In this document: positions 48,601 to 58,395 of the stretch, piece by piece | Layout: each line of letters opens with the position of its first letter | Position numbering within the stretch: position 1 is the first letter of the stretch | Assembly: GCA_035629865.1 (NCBI GenBank) | Contig: DASPHC010000146.1 | Location: forward strand, 53,420-117,419 | DNA from: Thermoanaerobaculia bacterium | Lineage (GTDB): Bacteria > Acidobacteriota > Thermoanaerobaculia > Gp7-AA8 | Direction of reading: 5' to 3' | DNA length: 64,000 nt | Notes under the pieces: model-generated | What the model saw: only the letters and a program-made list of their open reading frames with translations | Databases searched by the model: none | What the model was told of the DNA's origin: nothing | Translations under genes and position numbers: made by a program

Positions 48601-48841
48601 CCGGCACCAACTGCCCCGCCCCGTCGACCAGCGCCAACGCCAGCGTGCTTTGAACGTTGAGCGCCCGCGGCAGCGGAACGCCGGAACGTACGATCTCGGC
48701 AGTGCGCGCGATGCCTGCGCTTTCCCGCACGGTCAGGAGGAGCGAGTTGGGACGCGGCGGCGGCCACGCCGCGATCACCGGCCACGCTGCGAGCAGCGAC
48801 GCGGAGAGAAGAAGAACAGCGATACGGGATCGCGGGCGCAT
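45629..48841 (-). CDS. Large secreted protein with an FN3 domain and a C-terminal HLIELRTA repeat module
   Basis: Signal peptide. FN3-like TSVTVNWNAVAGATSYEVYRR...YRVRAVN. The C-terminal tail is shared with the gene at 60655. Confidence 0.7.
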   Translation of the reverse strand: MRPRSRIAVLLLSASLLAAWPVIAAWPPPRPNSLLLTVRESAGIARTAEIVRSGVPLPRALNVQSTLALALVDGAGQLVPAEFRILARWHAGLTVTTAPIQWLLVTFPATVAANGSATYRVVFDGSSGSNPAPATPLTVTQDGNEFTIDTGAARFVVGGGSGALFDEIRLANNTRLVSGSTITAQVDGTNHAHPTTRRAVLESSGPLSAVVVVEGSYAMPAVGGGGLGSRRRYVFSAGSPVAIVRHSVAWEGDRCGAGNLACGGSPNAVRVQQVRDALSLDVAYPAAATAVGAFATTTSGTVNAGQTAAVRQLLRQDREDPLAAIVNLAASPTVNAVKADGGMLAVSSAAGAVAVALNQMHRYEPQALRILADGRLAVDLVDTAAAGGSAWLGARQGLFATLATGVFASAPSRATLDRQVWAPLNEPLHAWPQAEWFAASEAVEEFPVGTPAAEFAEYDDEAIDVAATTLEEIDNRGLAGLMTFGLYPRNWANPLYSDEIDCDDAVTPSETWDDPYWCATWTDYHNAVMTIPRFAMRNGRTEWLDELATPGALRSLHTQIFQCGPDDDNFRCGQAPAGYGGYRADFNSSHAYFDNLMLYYWLTGDYTVVETLQRGASSMRNYFCTRRPASACLPTDAPEDDYANMTGRVFTQWQWVFRFAGLAGSDATFLEDYAANIARQYTLNYADVLQNGVRYGFLIDGTLRQEIDGPGTYSTDQLWMASLYDQNLLYRLQVDTNDAPLDGQPGSPPLVPSQIIAAWARTLDQFGSTVAAGGNGTAAGTWPNALFFTFTGNRVGGTLTSVTPNQGGGDPNLYDTGKAVMTATIARAADSTGEAGLAALELDLAQFAWNAALADPSPLSKQEAELLIRLPSAIARLSLDGAIATPTGVTATATTATSVTVNWNAVAGATSYEVYRRAAGGGYLLAGSPAAPPFVNAVTSGASYLYRVRAVNGSGTSVDSDPDLATAVIFTDDPLAAAVTRVRATHITQLRTAVNAVRDLAGQPAATFTDPALSAAIRVRRIHLIELRTALDAARSALGLPALVYTDPTITAGTTVVRAAHVTGVRAGVR

Positions 48842-48904
48842 GACGCTTGTAGCCGTGTGCCCGTCATTTAACGCCCTTTTGGGGGTGGTGGCTAGCGGGG
48901 TGGT

Positions 48905-49050
48905 CTATGGAGCGCCGGTCTTCGACCGGCCGGTCCGCCGGCATTCTGCCGGCCGTCTCTCGCGGAGAGGTCTTTCCGCAGACTGCCGACCGAAGGTCGG
49001 CGGACCGGCCGGTCGAAGACCGGCGCTCCAGTGAAGACCGGCGCTCCATT
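48905..49050. repeat. Palindromic element (ggagcgccggtcttcgaccggccggtccgccg ... cggcggaccggccggtcgaagaccggcgctcc) plus a direct repeat of gaagaccggcgctcca
   Basis: Read from the sequence, in the promoter region of the 1070-aa gene. Confidence 0.55.
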
Positions 49051-49067
49051 ACGGTACTCTTCCGTCG

Positions 49068-49370
49068 ATGCTCGCACCGACCCCACGCGACCGGATCGTC
49101 GACCCGCAGGGACGCCCGTACTTTCTATGGGACATGGAGATGACTCTGGAGGAGTTCGAGCGGGCCATCCATGGCAGCGACGCGGCGTTACGGGCTTATC
49201 TCGTCGGAAAGGTCATGCGCCAGGCCAAATCGGATGACGCCCTGCAGTTCGTCTCCGCCCAGGAGATGGCAGACATGTGGCCGGACGTCGATCGTTATCT
49301 CGGAAAGTCGCGCGCGTTCTGGGCGTGGCTGCTCGAGCAGTGGGAGCTGCGTGGTTACATCAGGCGGTAA
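49068..49370 (+). CDS. Hypothetical protein
   Basis: A 100-aa helical ORF. No family assigned. Confidence 0.45.
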   Translation: MLAPTPRDRIVDPQGRPYFLWDMEMTLEEFERAIHGSDAALRAYLVGKVMRQAKSDDALQFVSAQEMADMWPDVDRYLGKSRAFWAWLLEQWELRGYIRR

Positions 49371-49545
49371 GCTCAGTCATCGTCGCTGCGGGTGATTTGG
49401 CACCACCCTTACGGCGGGACGCCGTCCGCCGGCGAGACGCCGCCGGTCCAGCCGACGCGACGTCGGCGCTCCGGCGCATGACCGCGGTTCTCGCGAGGAG
49501 CCTGTGGAGAACGGATTGACTCACGGTTCAAACGATCCGAAGGCT

Positions 49546-49715
49546 CCCCTTTCCTGTCATCCTGAGCCGCAGGATTGATCCGATGGGTAGCAAGCATGGC
49601 GGCGAAGGACCCCCTCCAACAGAGCGAGCAGCGTTCAACTGGAGGGGGGTCCTTCGCCGCCATGCTTTTGGCATGTGGGAGTCATTTTTACGGCTCAGGA
49701 TGACAGGAAGGGGGG
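49546..49715. repeat. Family-3 nested hairpin element, copy 2
   Basis: Same outer and inner stems as copy 1. It lies between convergent genes. Confidence 0.75.
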
Positions 49716-49787
49716 AGTTGGCGTCCGCGAGCGTGGAGCGCCCGCGTCGCGCGGGCTGGCGCGGCGGCGTCTCGCCGTAAGGGACGT

Positions 49788-51239
49788 TCACATTGCCCCC
49801 GCCAACCTCTCCACCCCTTTCTCAATATCCCCCGCCGCCACCGTCGTGTACCCGAGGATCAGCGTCGCGTGGCGGGGCGCGAGCTGGTAGTACTGGCGGG
49901 CGCTGTAGACCTGCACGCCCTGGGTGCGGGCTTTGGCGATGAGGCGGTCGGTGGCGTCGGCGGGGACGTGGGGGAGGCGGAGGAAGATGTGGGTGCCGGA
50001 GGCGGCGCCGGTGGCGCGGACCTGGTTCTCGTCGAAGTGTTCGCGGATGGCGGCGACCATGCGGTCGCGTTTTTCGCTGAGGGCGCGGACGCTGCGGCGG
50101 CGGAGGCTTTCGTAGGCGCCCGATTCGAGGAGGGTGGCGATGGCCTGTTGTTCGAGGGTGGGGCTGCCGCGGTCGGCGAGCCATTTGACGGCGCGGAAGG
50201 CGTCGCGGAGGGAGGGCGGGGCGACGATGTAGCCGAGGCGGAGGGAGGGGAAGAGCATGCGGGCGAAGGTGCCGATGTAGATGACCCTCCCGCGGCCGTC
50301 GAGGCCCTGCAGCGCCGGGATGGCGCCGACGCCGTAGCGGAACTCGCAGTCATAATCGTCTTCGACGATCCAGGCGCGGTTGGTCTCGGCCCAGCGGAGC
50401 AGCGCCAGGCGGCGGGCCACGCTCATGATGGCGCCGGTCGGGAATTGGTGCGACGGGGTGACGCAGACCGCGCGGGCTCCCTCGAGACGCGCGGCGTGGC
50501 GCTCGATGTCGAGGCCTTCCTCGTCGACGGCGCAGGGGATGACGCGCGCTCCCGCGGCGACGAGCACCTGCCGCGTCCCCTGGTAGTGCGGGTCTTCGAG
50601 TCCGACCGCCGTCCCTTCGTCGCAGAGGACGCGCGCGGCGAGGTCGATGGCCTGCTGGGCGCCGTTGACGATGAGGATGTCGTCCGGATCGGCGGTGACG
50701 CCGCGCTGTTCGAGGAGGTGTGTCGCCAGGAGGCGGCGCAGTGCGGGGAGGCCGGCGGGATCGGGATAGTCGACCTGCGGATCGGCAGCGGCACGCGCGA
50801 CGGCCTGCCGCCAGAGCGCGACCGTGCGCGCGTCCGGAACGGTCGTGGTGTAGCGGAAGTCGATGAGCGGCTTCCCGCGGCGCGGCTTTTCTTTCGGCGT
50901 CTCGTGCGGCGCGAGCTGGCGCGCTCTTCTCGCATAACCGGAGATCGTTCCCTCGCGCGCCGCCGCGCTCCTGCGCGTCCGTTTCGGCGGTTCCGCGAGC
51001 GCGGGCACCTGCACGGCCACGCGCGATCCGGAGCCGACCGCCGACTCGATGTACCCCTCGGCGGCGAGTTGTTCGAAGGCCGCCAGCGCCACGATGCGGG
51101 AGACGCCGAGGTCGCGGGCCAGGGTGCGGGTGCCGGGGAGCGGCACGCCCGCGGCGAGCTCGCCGCTGAGGATCTTGTCGCGCAGCGCCTCGTAGACGCG
51201 CCGGTACAGCGGTCCCGCGGCTCTCAGTCGCAGCAGCAT
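49788..51239 (-). CDS. MocR-family regulator (GntR HTH fused to a PLP-dependent aminotransferase-like domain)
   Basis: N-terminal YRRVYEALRDKILSGELAAGVPLPGTRTLARDLGVSR. Aminotransferase fold-I body. Confidence 0.85.
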   Translation of the reverse strand: MLLRLRAAGPLYRRVYEALRDKILSGELAAGVPLPGTRTLARDLGVSRIVALAAFEQLAAEGYIESAVGSGSRVAVQVPALAEPPKRTRRSAAAREGTISGYARRARQLAPHETPKEKPRRGKPLIDFRYTTTVPDARTVALWRQAVARAAADPQVDYPDPAGLPALRRLLATHLLEQRGVTADPDDILIVNGAQQAIDLAARVLCDEGTAVGLEDPHYQGTRQVLVAAGARVIPCAVDEEGLDIERHAARLEGARAVCVTPSHQFPTGAIMSVARRLALLRWAETNRAWIVEDDYDCEFRYGVGAIPALQGLDGRGRVIYIGTFARMLFPSLRLGYIVAPPSLRDAFRAVKWLADRGSPTLEQQAIATLLESGAYESLRRRSVRALSEKRDRMVAAIREHFDENQVRATGAASGTHIFLRLPHVPADATDRLIAKARTQGVQVYSARQYYQLAPRHATLILGYTTVAAGDIEKGVERLAGAM

Positions 51240-51309
51240 GGGGTGGTTATACCAAACGGCGGGGATGTGGTCATTTACCGGGACCACCGTAGTGGTTAAT
51301 GTGACGGTG

Positions 51310-51960
51310 ATGGAAATCGAGATTCGGATCTGCGAGATCGAGCTGTTCCGGCGGTGGGAGTGGGTGCAGTTCTTTCAGGAGAAGTTCCTCCCGCTGCACG
51401 CGCGCATCGGCGCCGGGAAGGTCGTGGGGCAGTTTCTGGCGTATCGCGACGACGCGACGTTCATCTGGCTGCAGGCCTTTGGCGGTTCCGAGGAGCGGCT
51501 GGCGTCGCGGGAGCGGCTGTGGAACGACGCGGAAGTTCAGGCGCTCCTCGCCACGGCGCCTCCGCTCCGGTCGACGACGGTCCACAATTACGTCCCGGCG
51601 GCGGCGTCGACGATCGCGTCGCCGGAGGATTTCGGACGCATCGCCGAGTCGAAGCTGCTCGAGCTGCGGCAGTACCGCATCGCGCCGGGGATGCGCAGCC
51701 GGTTCGCGACGTTCTTTCACGAGAAGACGCTCCCGTCGCAGGGGGAGCACGGGATGGCGGTGTACGGCCCGTTCGAGTCGCTCGACGACGGCACCACCTT
51801 CACCTGGTTCCGCGGCTTCCCCGATCTCGTGGAGCGCGACCGCCGGAAGGCGGCCTTCTACGGCAGCCGGCTCTGGCTCGAGGATCTGCAGGACGAGGCG
51901 TTCTCGATGATTGAGGATTACTCGAACGTCCTGCTGGTAACGCCGCTGGGAGCTCGCTGA
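51310..51960 (+). CDS. NIPSNAP-family (Dabb-like) protein
   Basis: Two ferredoxin-like halves. Divergent from the MocR regulator. Confidence 0.65.
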   Translation: MEIEIRICEIELFRRWEWVQFFQEKFLPLHARIGAGKVVGQFLAYRDDATFIWLQAFGGSEERLASRERLWNDAEVQALLATAPPLRSTTVHNYVPAAASTIASPEDFGRIAESKLLELRQYRIAPGMRSRFATFFHEKTLPSQGEHGMAVYGPFESLDDGTTFTWFRGFPDLVERDRRKAAFYGSRLWLEDLQDEAFSMIEDYSNVLLVTPLGAR

Positions 51961-52053
51961 CGGCCGGGACGCGCGGCCTTGCGGCGGCATTCGCTGGAGC
52001 AGTTACAATCGCGGTCCGCGCCGGCAGCACTTCGAGCGACAGGAGAATTCACG

Positions 52054-53178
52054 ATGCCCGTTCCCAGTCACATCACTCCTCAGGATGGCGATGTCCTTTT
52101 GCTGGTCGGCACGATGAAGGGTGCCTTTGTCCTGCGCGCCGATGCGGGGCGCAAGTCGTGGGAGGTCGGCGGGCCGTACTTTGCCGGGAGCGCCGTTTAC
52201 GCGATGGCGTATGACGGCCGGCAGGGGCGGAATCGGATCTGGGCCGGTCCGCAGAGCATGCACTGGGGCGCGGTGCTGCGGTCGAGCGATGATTTCGGAC
52301 AGAGCTGGACGAACCCCGAGGAAGCGAACGTGAAGTTCCCGGAGAGCGCGGGGGCGGCGCTCGCGAATATCTGGCAGATCGAGCCGGGACGCGACGGGGA
52401 GGCGGACACGCTGTATTGCGGAGTCGAGCCGGCGGCGCTGTTCCGGTCGAGCGATGCCGGCGGGTCGTGGAGCCTGGTCGAGGGGTTGTGGAATCACCCG
52501 CAGCGGCCGAAGTGGCAGCCGGGCGGCGGCGGGCTTTGCCTGCATACGATCCTGCTCGATCCGGCGGCGCCGGAGCGGATCCGCATCGCGGTCTCGACGG
52601 GCGGCATGTACGTGACGGAGGACGGCGGCGCGAGCTGGCGTCCTTCGAACCAGGGCGTCCGCGCGCAGTTTCTCCCCGATCCGTATCCGGAGTTCGGCCA
52701 GTGCGTGCACAAGGTGGTGCAGGCGGAGAAGCAGCCGGAGCGGATGTTTCTGCAGAATCACTGGGGGCTCTACCGCAGCGACGACCGCGGCGAGAGCTGG
52801 ACGGACATCGCGAACGGGGTGCCGTCGGATTTCGGCTTCCCGATGGCGGTGCATCCGGAGGACGCGGACTGCGCTTGGATCGTGCCGCTGGAGTCGGATG
52901 AGTTCCGCTGTACCCCCGAGGGGAAGCTGCGCGTGTACCGGACGCGCGACGGGGGGAAGAGCTGGGAGGGGATGACGGACGGGCTGCCGCAGGAGGGGGC
53001 GTTCGAGACGGTGCTGCGCGATGCGATGGCGGTGGATCCGTTCGGTCCGGCAGGGGTTTATTTCGGGACGCGCAGCGGGAAGCTCTTCGGTTCGGCAGAC
53101 GAGGGAAGCAGCTGGTCGATGATCGTCGACGGGCTGCCGGCGGTGGTCTCGGTGGAAGCGGTCCGCGTGAGGTTGTGA
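52054..53178 (+). CDS. BNR/Asp-box repeat beta-propeller protein (sialidase-like / photosystem-II-assembly-factor-like fold)
   Basis: SDDFGQSW, SSDAGGSW, TEDGGASW, SDDRGESW and TRDGGKSW boxes. AGGAGA ribosome-binding site. Confidence 0.7.
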   Translation: MPVPSHITPQDGDVLLLVGTMKGAFVLRADAGRKSWEVGGPYFAGSAVYAMAYDGRQGRNRIWAGPQSMHWGAVLRSSDDFGQSWTNPEEANVKFPESAGAALANIWQIEPGRDGEADTLYCGVEPAALFRSSDAGGSWSLVEGLWNHPQRPKWQPGGGGLCLHTILLDPAAPERIRIAVSTGGMYVTEDGGASWRPSNQGVRAQFLPDPYPEFGQCVHKVVQAEKQPERMFLQNHWGLYRSDDRGESWTDIANGVPSDFGFPMAVHPEDADCAWIVPLESDEFRCTPEGKLRVYRTRDGGKSWEGMTDGLPQEGAFETVLRDAMAVDPFGPAGVYFGTRSGKLFGSADEGSSWSMIVDGLPAVVSVEAVRVRL

Positions 53179-53459
53179 TGGCGTTTCTGTTCGTGATCCC
53201 CGGACCGCTGCGCGAGCTCGCCGGTAACCGCGGCGAGGTGCGGCTGGAGGGTACGGCGGGCTCCGTGTCGGAGGCGCTGGCGCTGCTCTGGGCGGAATGT
53301 CCGGGCGTGCGCGATCGTGTGATCACGGAGCTCGGCGAGGTGCGGCAGCACGTGAATGTGTTCGTGGATGGGGAGAGTATCCGCGACGGGAGCGGGCTGC
53401 AGACGGCCGTGCGCGAGGGCTCGGAGATTGTGATTCTGCCGGCTTTGAGCGGCGGGTAG
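53175..53459 (+). CDS. MoaD/ThiS-family sulfur-carrier protein
   Basis: A 94-aa beta-grasp-sized protein ending in GG. ATGA overlap with the previous gene. Confidence 0.7.
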   Translation: MMAFLFVIPGPLRELAGNRGEVRLEGTAGSVSEALALLWAECPGVRDRVITELGEVRQHVNVFVDGESIRDGSGLQTAVREGSEIVILPALSGG

Positions 53460-53468
53460 CGGCGCAAG

Positions 53469-53514
53469 AGAACCGACCGGGAGGCCTCCGGCGGGCCGGC
53501 CCGGTCGGTTTCTC
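53469..53514. repeat. Short hairpin sharing the terminal motif of family 1 (gggaggcctccggcgggccgg)
   Basis: gagaaccgaccggg...cccggtcggtttctc. Confidence 0.5.
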
Positions 53515-53743
53515 GTGTTCCCATAAGGCGCTTCAAACGTGACGCCCGTCATCATCGGCCGCGGAATCGTCATGCTAGATTCGCCTCCTCTCTCGACAAC
53601 CACCTGGAGGCTCGCATGCGTCTGTCCGCGATCGTTCCCGTTCTCGCGATTGCTCTCGCTCCCACGGTTCTCGGTAACACCATCACGTCAACGGTCTCGG
53701 CGACTCGCTGGCCACGAACGGCGTCTGCACGCTCCGCGAGGCG

Positions 53744-55723
53744 GTGATCAACGCCAACAGCAACACCTCCACGTATCCCGACTGCGCCGCCGGCTCGGGG
53801 GCGGACGTGATCAACCTGCCGGCCGGCACGATCACCATGGCCATCGCCGGAATCGTCGAAGACGTCGCGGCGACGGGCGACCTCGATCTCTACGACTCGG
53901 TCACCATCAACGGCCATCCGTCGGGGACGACGATCGACGGCAATGACCTCGACCGCATCTTCGACATCAACTCAACGCTCTTCTCCCTCATCCCGCCGGG
54001 GCTGCCGATCACGGTCGGCCTCCACGGGCTGAACATCGTCAACGGGACGACGGTCGGCGACGGCGGCGGTGTGAGCGTCTACCGTTTTGCCACGGTGACG
54101 ATCACCGACACCACCATCGCCGACTGCCGCACGAACAACGACGCCGGCGGGTTGTCGATCACCAGCGATGCCGCGGCGACACTGATCAACGTGACGGTGA
54201 CGGGCAACGCCTGTCCGTGGCTGGCCGCCGGCATCCGGACCGACAGTCCGATCACGATGAAGAGTTGCACGATCACCAACAACCACACATTCGGCGGGAC
54301 GCCGACGCGCGGCCAGGGGATTGGCTCATATGCCAACACGACGATGCAGAACACGCTCGTCGCCGGGAACGGCAGCGCGCCGGGCCAGCCCGACACGGAA
54401 GGCTTCTTCACGAGCCTCGGCCACAACATCATCGGCAACATCGACCTCATCACGACCATCACGCCGGCGACTGGCGATCAATTCGGCGTGACGACGGCGC
54501 AGGTGAATCTCGCTCCGCTGGCGAACAACGGCGGCCCGGTCCGGACACACGCGCTGAATGCCGGCAGCGTCGCGGTCGACAAGGGGAACAGCGACGGCGT
54601 GACCACCGACGCGCGCGGTGACGCGCGTCCGTGCGACCAGCCGGCGATCGCCAACGCCGCCGGCGGCGACGGCGCGGACATCGGCGCGTTCGAGGTGCAG
54701 GGCACCTGCAGCGCGGCCAACGTGGCGCCGGAAGCGGTCGACGACTTGGCCAGCGTCGCGGAGGACAGTGCCGGGAACATCATCGACGTGCTGGCCAACG
54801 ACAGCGACGCCAACGGCGACACGCTGACGATCACCGCGGTCGCGCAGGGGGCGAACGGGACGACGGTCAACAACGGGACGGACCTGAGCTACACGCCAGA
54901 TCCCGACTTCGCCGGCAACGATTTCTTCACCTACACGGTCACGGACGGCAACGGCGAGTTCTCGACCGCCGTCGTCTACGTCACGGTCACGCCGGTGAAC
55001 GACCCGCCGGTCGCGACCGGCGAGAACTACGTCATCAACCAGGATACGGTGCTGAACGTCGCCGCTCCGGATGTGCTGGCCAATGACACGGACGCCGACG
55101 GCGACGTGCTGACGGCGATCAACTACACCGCCCCTGCGAACGGGACGCTCGCCGGCAATACCAACGGTTCGTTCACCTACACGCCGAATCCTGGTTTCGC
55201 CGGGACGGACTCGTTCACTTACTGTGTCTTCGACGGCATCGCGCCATGCGTGCCGGCGACGGTGAACATCACGGTCAACGACACGCAAGGCCCGGACATC
55301 ACGGCCTCCCTCGGGACGGCGTTGCTCTGGCCGCCGAATCACGCGCTGATCAACGTCGGCTTCTCCGTGAGCGCCACCGACAACGGCGGCGGCGCGGTGA
55401 CGCTGGGATACGCGGTTTTCAGCGACGAGGATGACGTGGCGCCGAACAATGGCGGTCCGTCTCCCGACGCTGTCGACATCGCCCCGGCGACGCTCCGCCT
55501 CCGCTCGGAGCGCGACGCCACCAGCGACGGCCGCGTCTATCTGGTCATCGTCACCGCTTCCGACGGTTCGTCGAATACGAGCACGAGCTGCCTGACCGCG
55601 GTCGTCCCAAAGAGCATGAGCCCCGCGAACGTCAATTCGGTGAACGCACAGGCCTCCGCCGCTGCCGCGCAATGCCAGGCCACGGGCATGGCGCCGGCGG
55701 GTTGGTTCCCGATCGGGGAGTAG
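53744..55723 (+). CDS. Secreted adhesin-like protein (parallel beta-helix N-region plus tandem cadherin-like/VCBS Ig-like repeats); the 5' part is apparently frameshifted
   Basis: ANVAPEAVDD...TVTPVNDPPVA repeats and DxDxDGD-like motifs. The signal peptide MRLSAIVPVLAIALAPTVLG is at 53616 in another frame (see finding). Confidence 0.6.
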   Translation: MINANSNTSTYPDCAAGSGADVINLPAGTITMAIAGIVEDVAATGDLDLYDSVTINGHPSGTTIDGNDLDRIFDINSTLFSLIPPGLPITVGLHGLNIVNGTTVGDGGGVSVYRFATVTITDTTIADCRTNNDAGGLSITSDAAATLINVTVTGNACPWLAAGIRTDSPITMKSCTITNNHTFGGTPTRGQGIGSYANTTMQNTLVAGNGSAPGQPDTEGFFTSLGHNIIGNIDLITTITPATGDQFGVTTAQVNLAPLANNGGPVRTHALNAGSVAVDKGNSDGVTTDARGDARPCDQPAIANAAGGDGADIGAFEVQGTCSAANVAPEAVDDLASVAEDSAGNIIDVLANDSDANGDTLTITAVAQGANGTTVNNGTDLSYTPDPDFAGNDFFTYTVTDGNGEFSTAVVYVTVTPVNDPPVATGENYVINQDTVLNVAAPDVLANDTDADGDVLTAINYTAPANGTLAGNTNGSFTYTPNPGFAGTDSFTYCVFDGIAPCVPATVNITVNDTQGPDITASLGTALLWPPNHALINVGFSVSATDNGGGAVTLGYAVFSDEDDVAPNNGGPSPDAVDIAPATLRLRSERDATSDGRVYLVIVTASDGSSNTSTSCLTAVVPKSMSPANVNSVNAQASAAAAQCQATGMAPAGWFPIGE

Positions 55724-55772
55724 TCTGCGGCGTGGAGCGCCGGTGGATATTGCCGGCGCTCCACCCACCCGG

Positions 55773-55917
55773 GGACGACGAAGGGCCTCCGGCGGGCGGG
55801 CACGGCCCGCAGCGTTGGTTGCCATAGGCTGAACGCACGCTTCTCGCGCTGAACGCGGTCCGGGCGAAAACAAACGCTGCGGGCCGTGCCCGCCCGCCGG
55901 AGGCCCCCTCGTCGTCC
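55773..55917. repeat. Family-1 palindromic element, copy 6 (inverted orientation)
   Basis: The loop reads as the reverse complement of the other copies. The flanks extend the palindrome (cacccacccggggacgacg / cgtcgtcccgggtgggtgg). Confidence 0.8.
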
Positions 55918-55933
55918 CGGGTGGGTGGAGCGG

Positions 55934-58189
55934 CTACCGTCGCGCCGCTCTCACGCGTCCTGCCAGCTTCGCCACGTACGCGCGTTCCACCGTGCCGGTA
56001 TGCGTCTGCGGCGACGGATACCAGCGCGTACTGTAGGCGAGCCAGACGTGCGCTCCGTCGAATGCGACGTCGCTGATCCTCGGGGTATCAGAGCCGCTGA
56101 GGACGAGGGCTGGCGAGGCCTTCGGCGTCCCTTCGCCGTCGAGGAAGATCGCCCGCGTCTCGCCCTCCAGCCTGCCACTCCCGGTGGGGGACGGCGTCGC
56201 CTGCGGCGTGTACAGCACGGTCGCGCCGCCGGCGCTCTTCACGATCCGGACCTCGATCGCGTTCCCGGGGATGGCCAGCTCGGACGGCGTGCCGAGGGCC
56301 TCGCCTGCGAGGTTGAAACGATGGGAGAAGAAGGACGGGCCGTTGCGGACGACGGCGACCAGCGTGTCGTCCAGGAGGACCGCGTCGTCGACGGCCTGAT
56401 TGCGGACCAGCGTCTTTTCCTCGGCCACCGCACCATCGGCGCCGAGCGTCGTCAGCCGCTCCTCGAACGGAAGGTACGTGCAGAAACGGCCATAGCAGGG
56501 GGGACTGAGCTGCTGATGCCACACCAGGCGGAACCCGCCGCTGTCGGCGAGGAGCGCGATCGGCTGCTGCGAGAGACCGATGTCGGCGGTCAGGCCCTTC
56601 GGGTCGATCTCCACCGCGCCGCCTGCCGGAATGGCTGCCGGAATGACGGAGGTGAAGATCCTGGTCACCAGCGGATGGCTCGCCTGCTGGCGCCACGCGA
56701 CGAGGAACGAGTCTCCGCGCGCCGCCACGATCGGAGTGCGGCCGCCGGGTGCGATGTCGAAGCCGTGGGCGTCGAGCAGCTCCCCGGCCTCCGTGACCCG
56801 GGCGCCGCGCACGCCGCGGTCGGCTTCTTCCCACACCAGGAGGTACGTATCGCCGTTCGACGCGATGCGCATGCTGTCCAGCCACGACCCCACGCCGGCC
56901 ACGCGGATCCCGCCGCCGTCGAGCGGGCTGCCGCCGCGGGAGAGGCGTCCTGCATAGACGGCTCCCGTCTCGTGCCAGGCCGCGAGCACGTTCGACGTTC
57001 CCACCGCGATGGCCACGTTGCGCTGCGGCAGGTAGATCTCGGAGGAGAAGAGCTCCTCTTTCACCCGCGGTGTCGACGACGGCCGGATGACGAACTTCTC
57101 ACCGTAGGCCAGGAGGAGAAAGATCCGTCCGTTCGAGGCCACCGCCATTGGCCTGTGCCAATCCTGCTCCGGCCCGACCGCGAACGTGTCCAGCACCTGG
57201 CCGGTCCCGCTCACGACCGCGGCGTACGGCTGCACGGGATCGGTGTCGAGGCGCATATCCCGGTTCCAGAGCACGAGGTGCGAGACGCCGTCCCAGGCGA
57301 TGGCGGCGTCCGTCGGGTTGCTCTCGGTGGTGAGGCGAAAGGTTTCGGGAGCGCCCTCGGCGATTCGGGCGCCGTGGACGCCGCCGGGGGTGGTCCAGAC
57401 TACGACGAAGGCGTTGCCATTCCACGAGACGGCGGGCTTCATCGCCTCCAGATAGCGTTCCGGAAAACCGTCGAACTGCTCCGGAATCGGAAGCGACGCG
57501 AGGAGCTGCGGCGCGCCGAGGCTCTCTCCCGACGCGCTGAAACGCCACGCGTAGAGCAGATCCTCGCTGTCTCCGCGGATGCTTTCCCACACCAGCAGGA
57601 AGCCGCCGCCGCCCGCCGCCACCCGCGCGAGGCGGATGTGATCGCCCGCCGGCAATGGCGTGCTCGTCTCGACCCGCAGTTGATGGCTCAGGAGGACGAA
57701 CGAGATGGTATTGGCAGTGCCGTCGCCCATCACCGCCGCATAGCGCTGGCCGTTCCACGCCAGCGACCGGTGGAAACCGAGGTGCGCCGGGAAGAGCTCG
57801 CCCGCGCGCTCGGTGTGCCCGTCCTCCTCCACCGCGAGCGGAAACGTCCCCATGTGCTCCGACGGCGCGAGCGTGAGGTATCTCTGGCCGTCCCACACGG
57901 CCGGCGATGCGTAGTCAGGACGCCATGTTGCGTGGACCGGGAATCCGCTCCGGTCGATCAGCTCGCCCTCGGCGTCGAGGCGCGCGCCATAGATATCGGT
58001 GTTGCCGTACCGGTCGTCATTCCACACGGCGAGGAACTCGTCGCCGTTGGTGGTGATGTACGGCTCGAACGCCACCACGCCCGGCCGCTTCACCGGCTCC
58101 GCGATCGGTTGCCTTGCATGGGAAACGCTCGGCGTCTGTGCGGATGCGGTGAAGACCAGGAGGAGGAGGGCGAGGAATCGGGTGAGCAC
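55934..58189 (-). CDS. Secreted repeat protein, paralog A
   Basis: GTG start chosen by homology to paralog B (VLTRFLALLLLVFTASAQ). Repeated W-rich blocks (SWNGNAFVVVWTT, ASNGDTYLLVWEE). C-terminus AYVAKLAGRVRAARR. Confidence 0.6.
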   Translation of the reverse strand: MLTRFLALLLLVFTASAQTPSVSHARQPIAEPVKRPGVVAFEPYITTNGDEFLAVWNDDRYGNTDIYGARLDAEGELIDRSGFPVHATWRPDYASPAVWDGQRYLTLAPSEHMGTFPLAVEEDGHTERAGELFPAHLGFHRSLAWNGQRYAAVMGDGTANTISFVLLSHQLRVETSTPLPAGDHIRLARVAAGGGGFLLVWESIRGDSEDLLYAWRFSASGESLGAPQLLASLPIPEQFDGFPERYLEAMKPAVSWNGNAFVVVWTTPGGVHGARIAEGAPETFRLTTESNPTDAAIAWDGVSHLVLWNRDMRLDTDPVQPYAAVVSGTGQVLDTFAVGPEQDWHRPMAVASNGRIFLLLAYGEKFVIRPSSTPRVKEELFSSEIYLPQRNVAIAVGTSNVLAAWHETGAVYAGRLSRGGSPLDGGGIRVAGVGSWLDSMRIASNGDTYLLVWEEADRGVRGARVTEAGELLDAHGFDIAPGGRTPIVAARGDSFLVAWRQQASHPLVTRIFTSVIPAAIPAGGAVEIDPKGLTADIGLSQQPIALLADSGGFRLVWHQQLSPPCYGRFCTYLPFEERLTTLGADGAVAEEKTLVRNQAVDDAVLLDDTLVAVVRNGPSFFSHRFNLAGEALGTPSELAIPGNAIEVRIVKSAGGATVLYTPQATPSPTGSGRLEGETRAIFLDGEGTPKASPALVLSGSDTPRISDVAFDGAHVWLAYSTRWYPSPQTHTGTVERAYVAKLAGRVRAARR

Positions 58190-58236
58190 GAGGTTGATAC
58201 GTCGATCGCGCTGTATTCGTCTGCGATTCGCCCACA

Positions 58237-58387
58237 GGAAACCGACGAGAAGCCTCCGGCGGGCCGGCACGGCCGGCAGCGTTTGTTTTCGCCCGGACCG
58301 TGTTCCGTGAGAGAGCGCGCGTTCAGCCTTGGGCAACCAACGCTGCCGGCCGTGCCGGCCCGCCGGAGGCCTCCCGTCGGTTTCCTG
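58237..58387. repeat. Family-1 palindromic element, copy 7
   Basis: Same family. It lies between the two paralogs. Confidence 0.8.
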
Positions 58388-58395
58388 TCGGTTGC

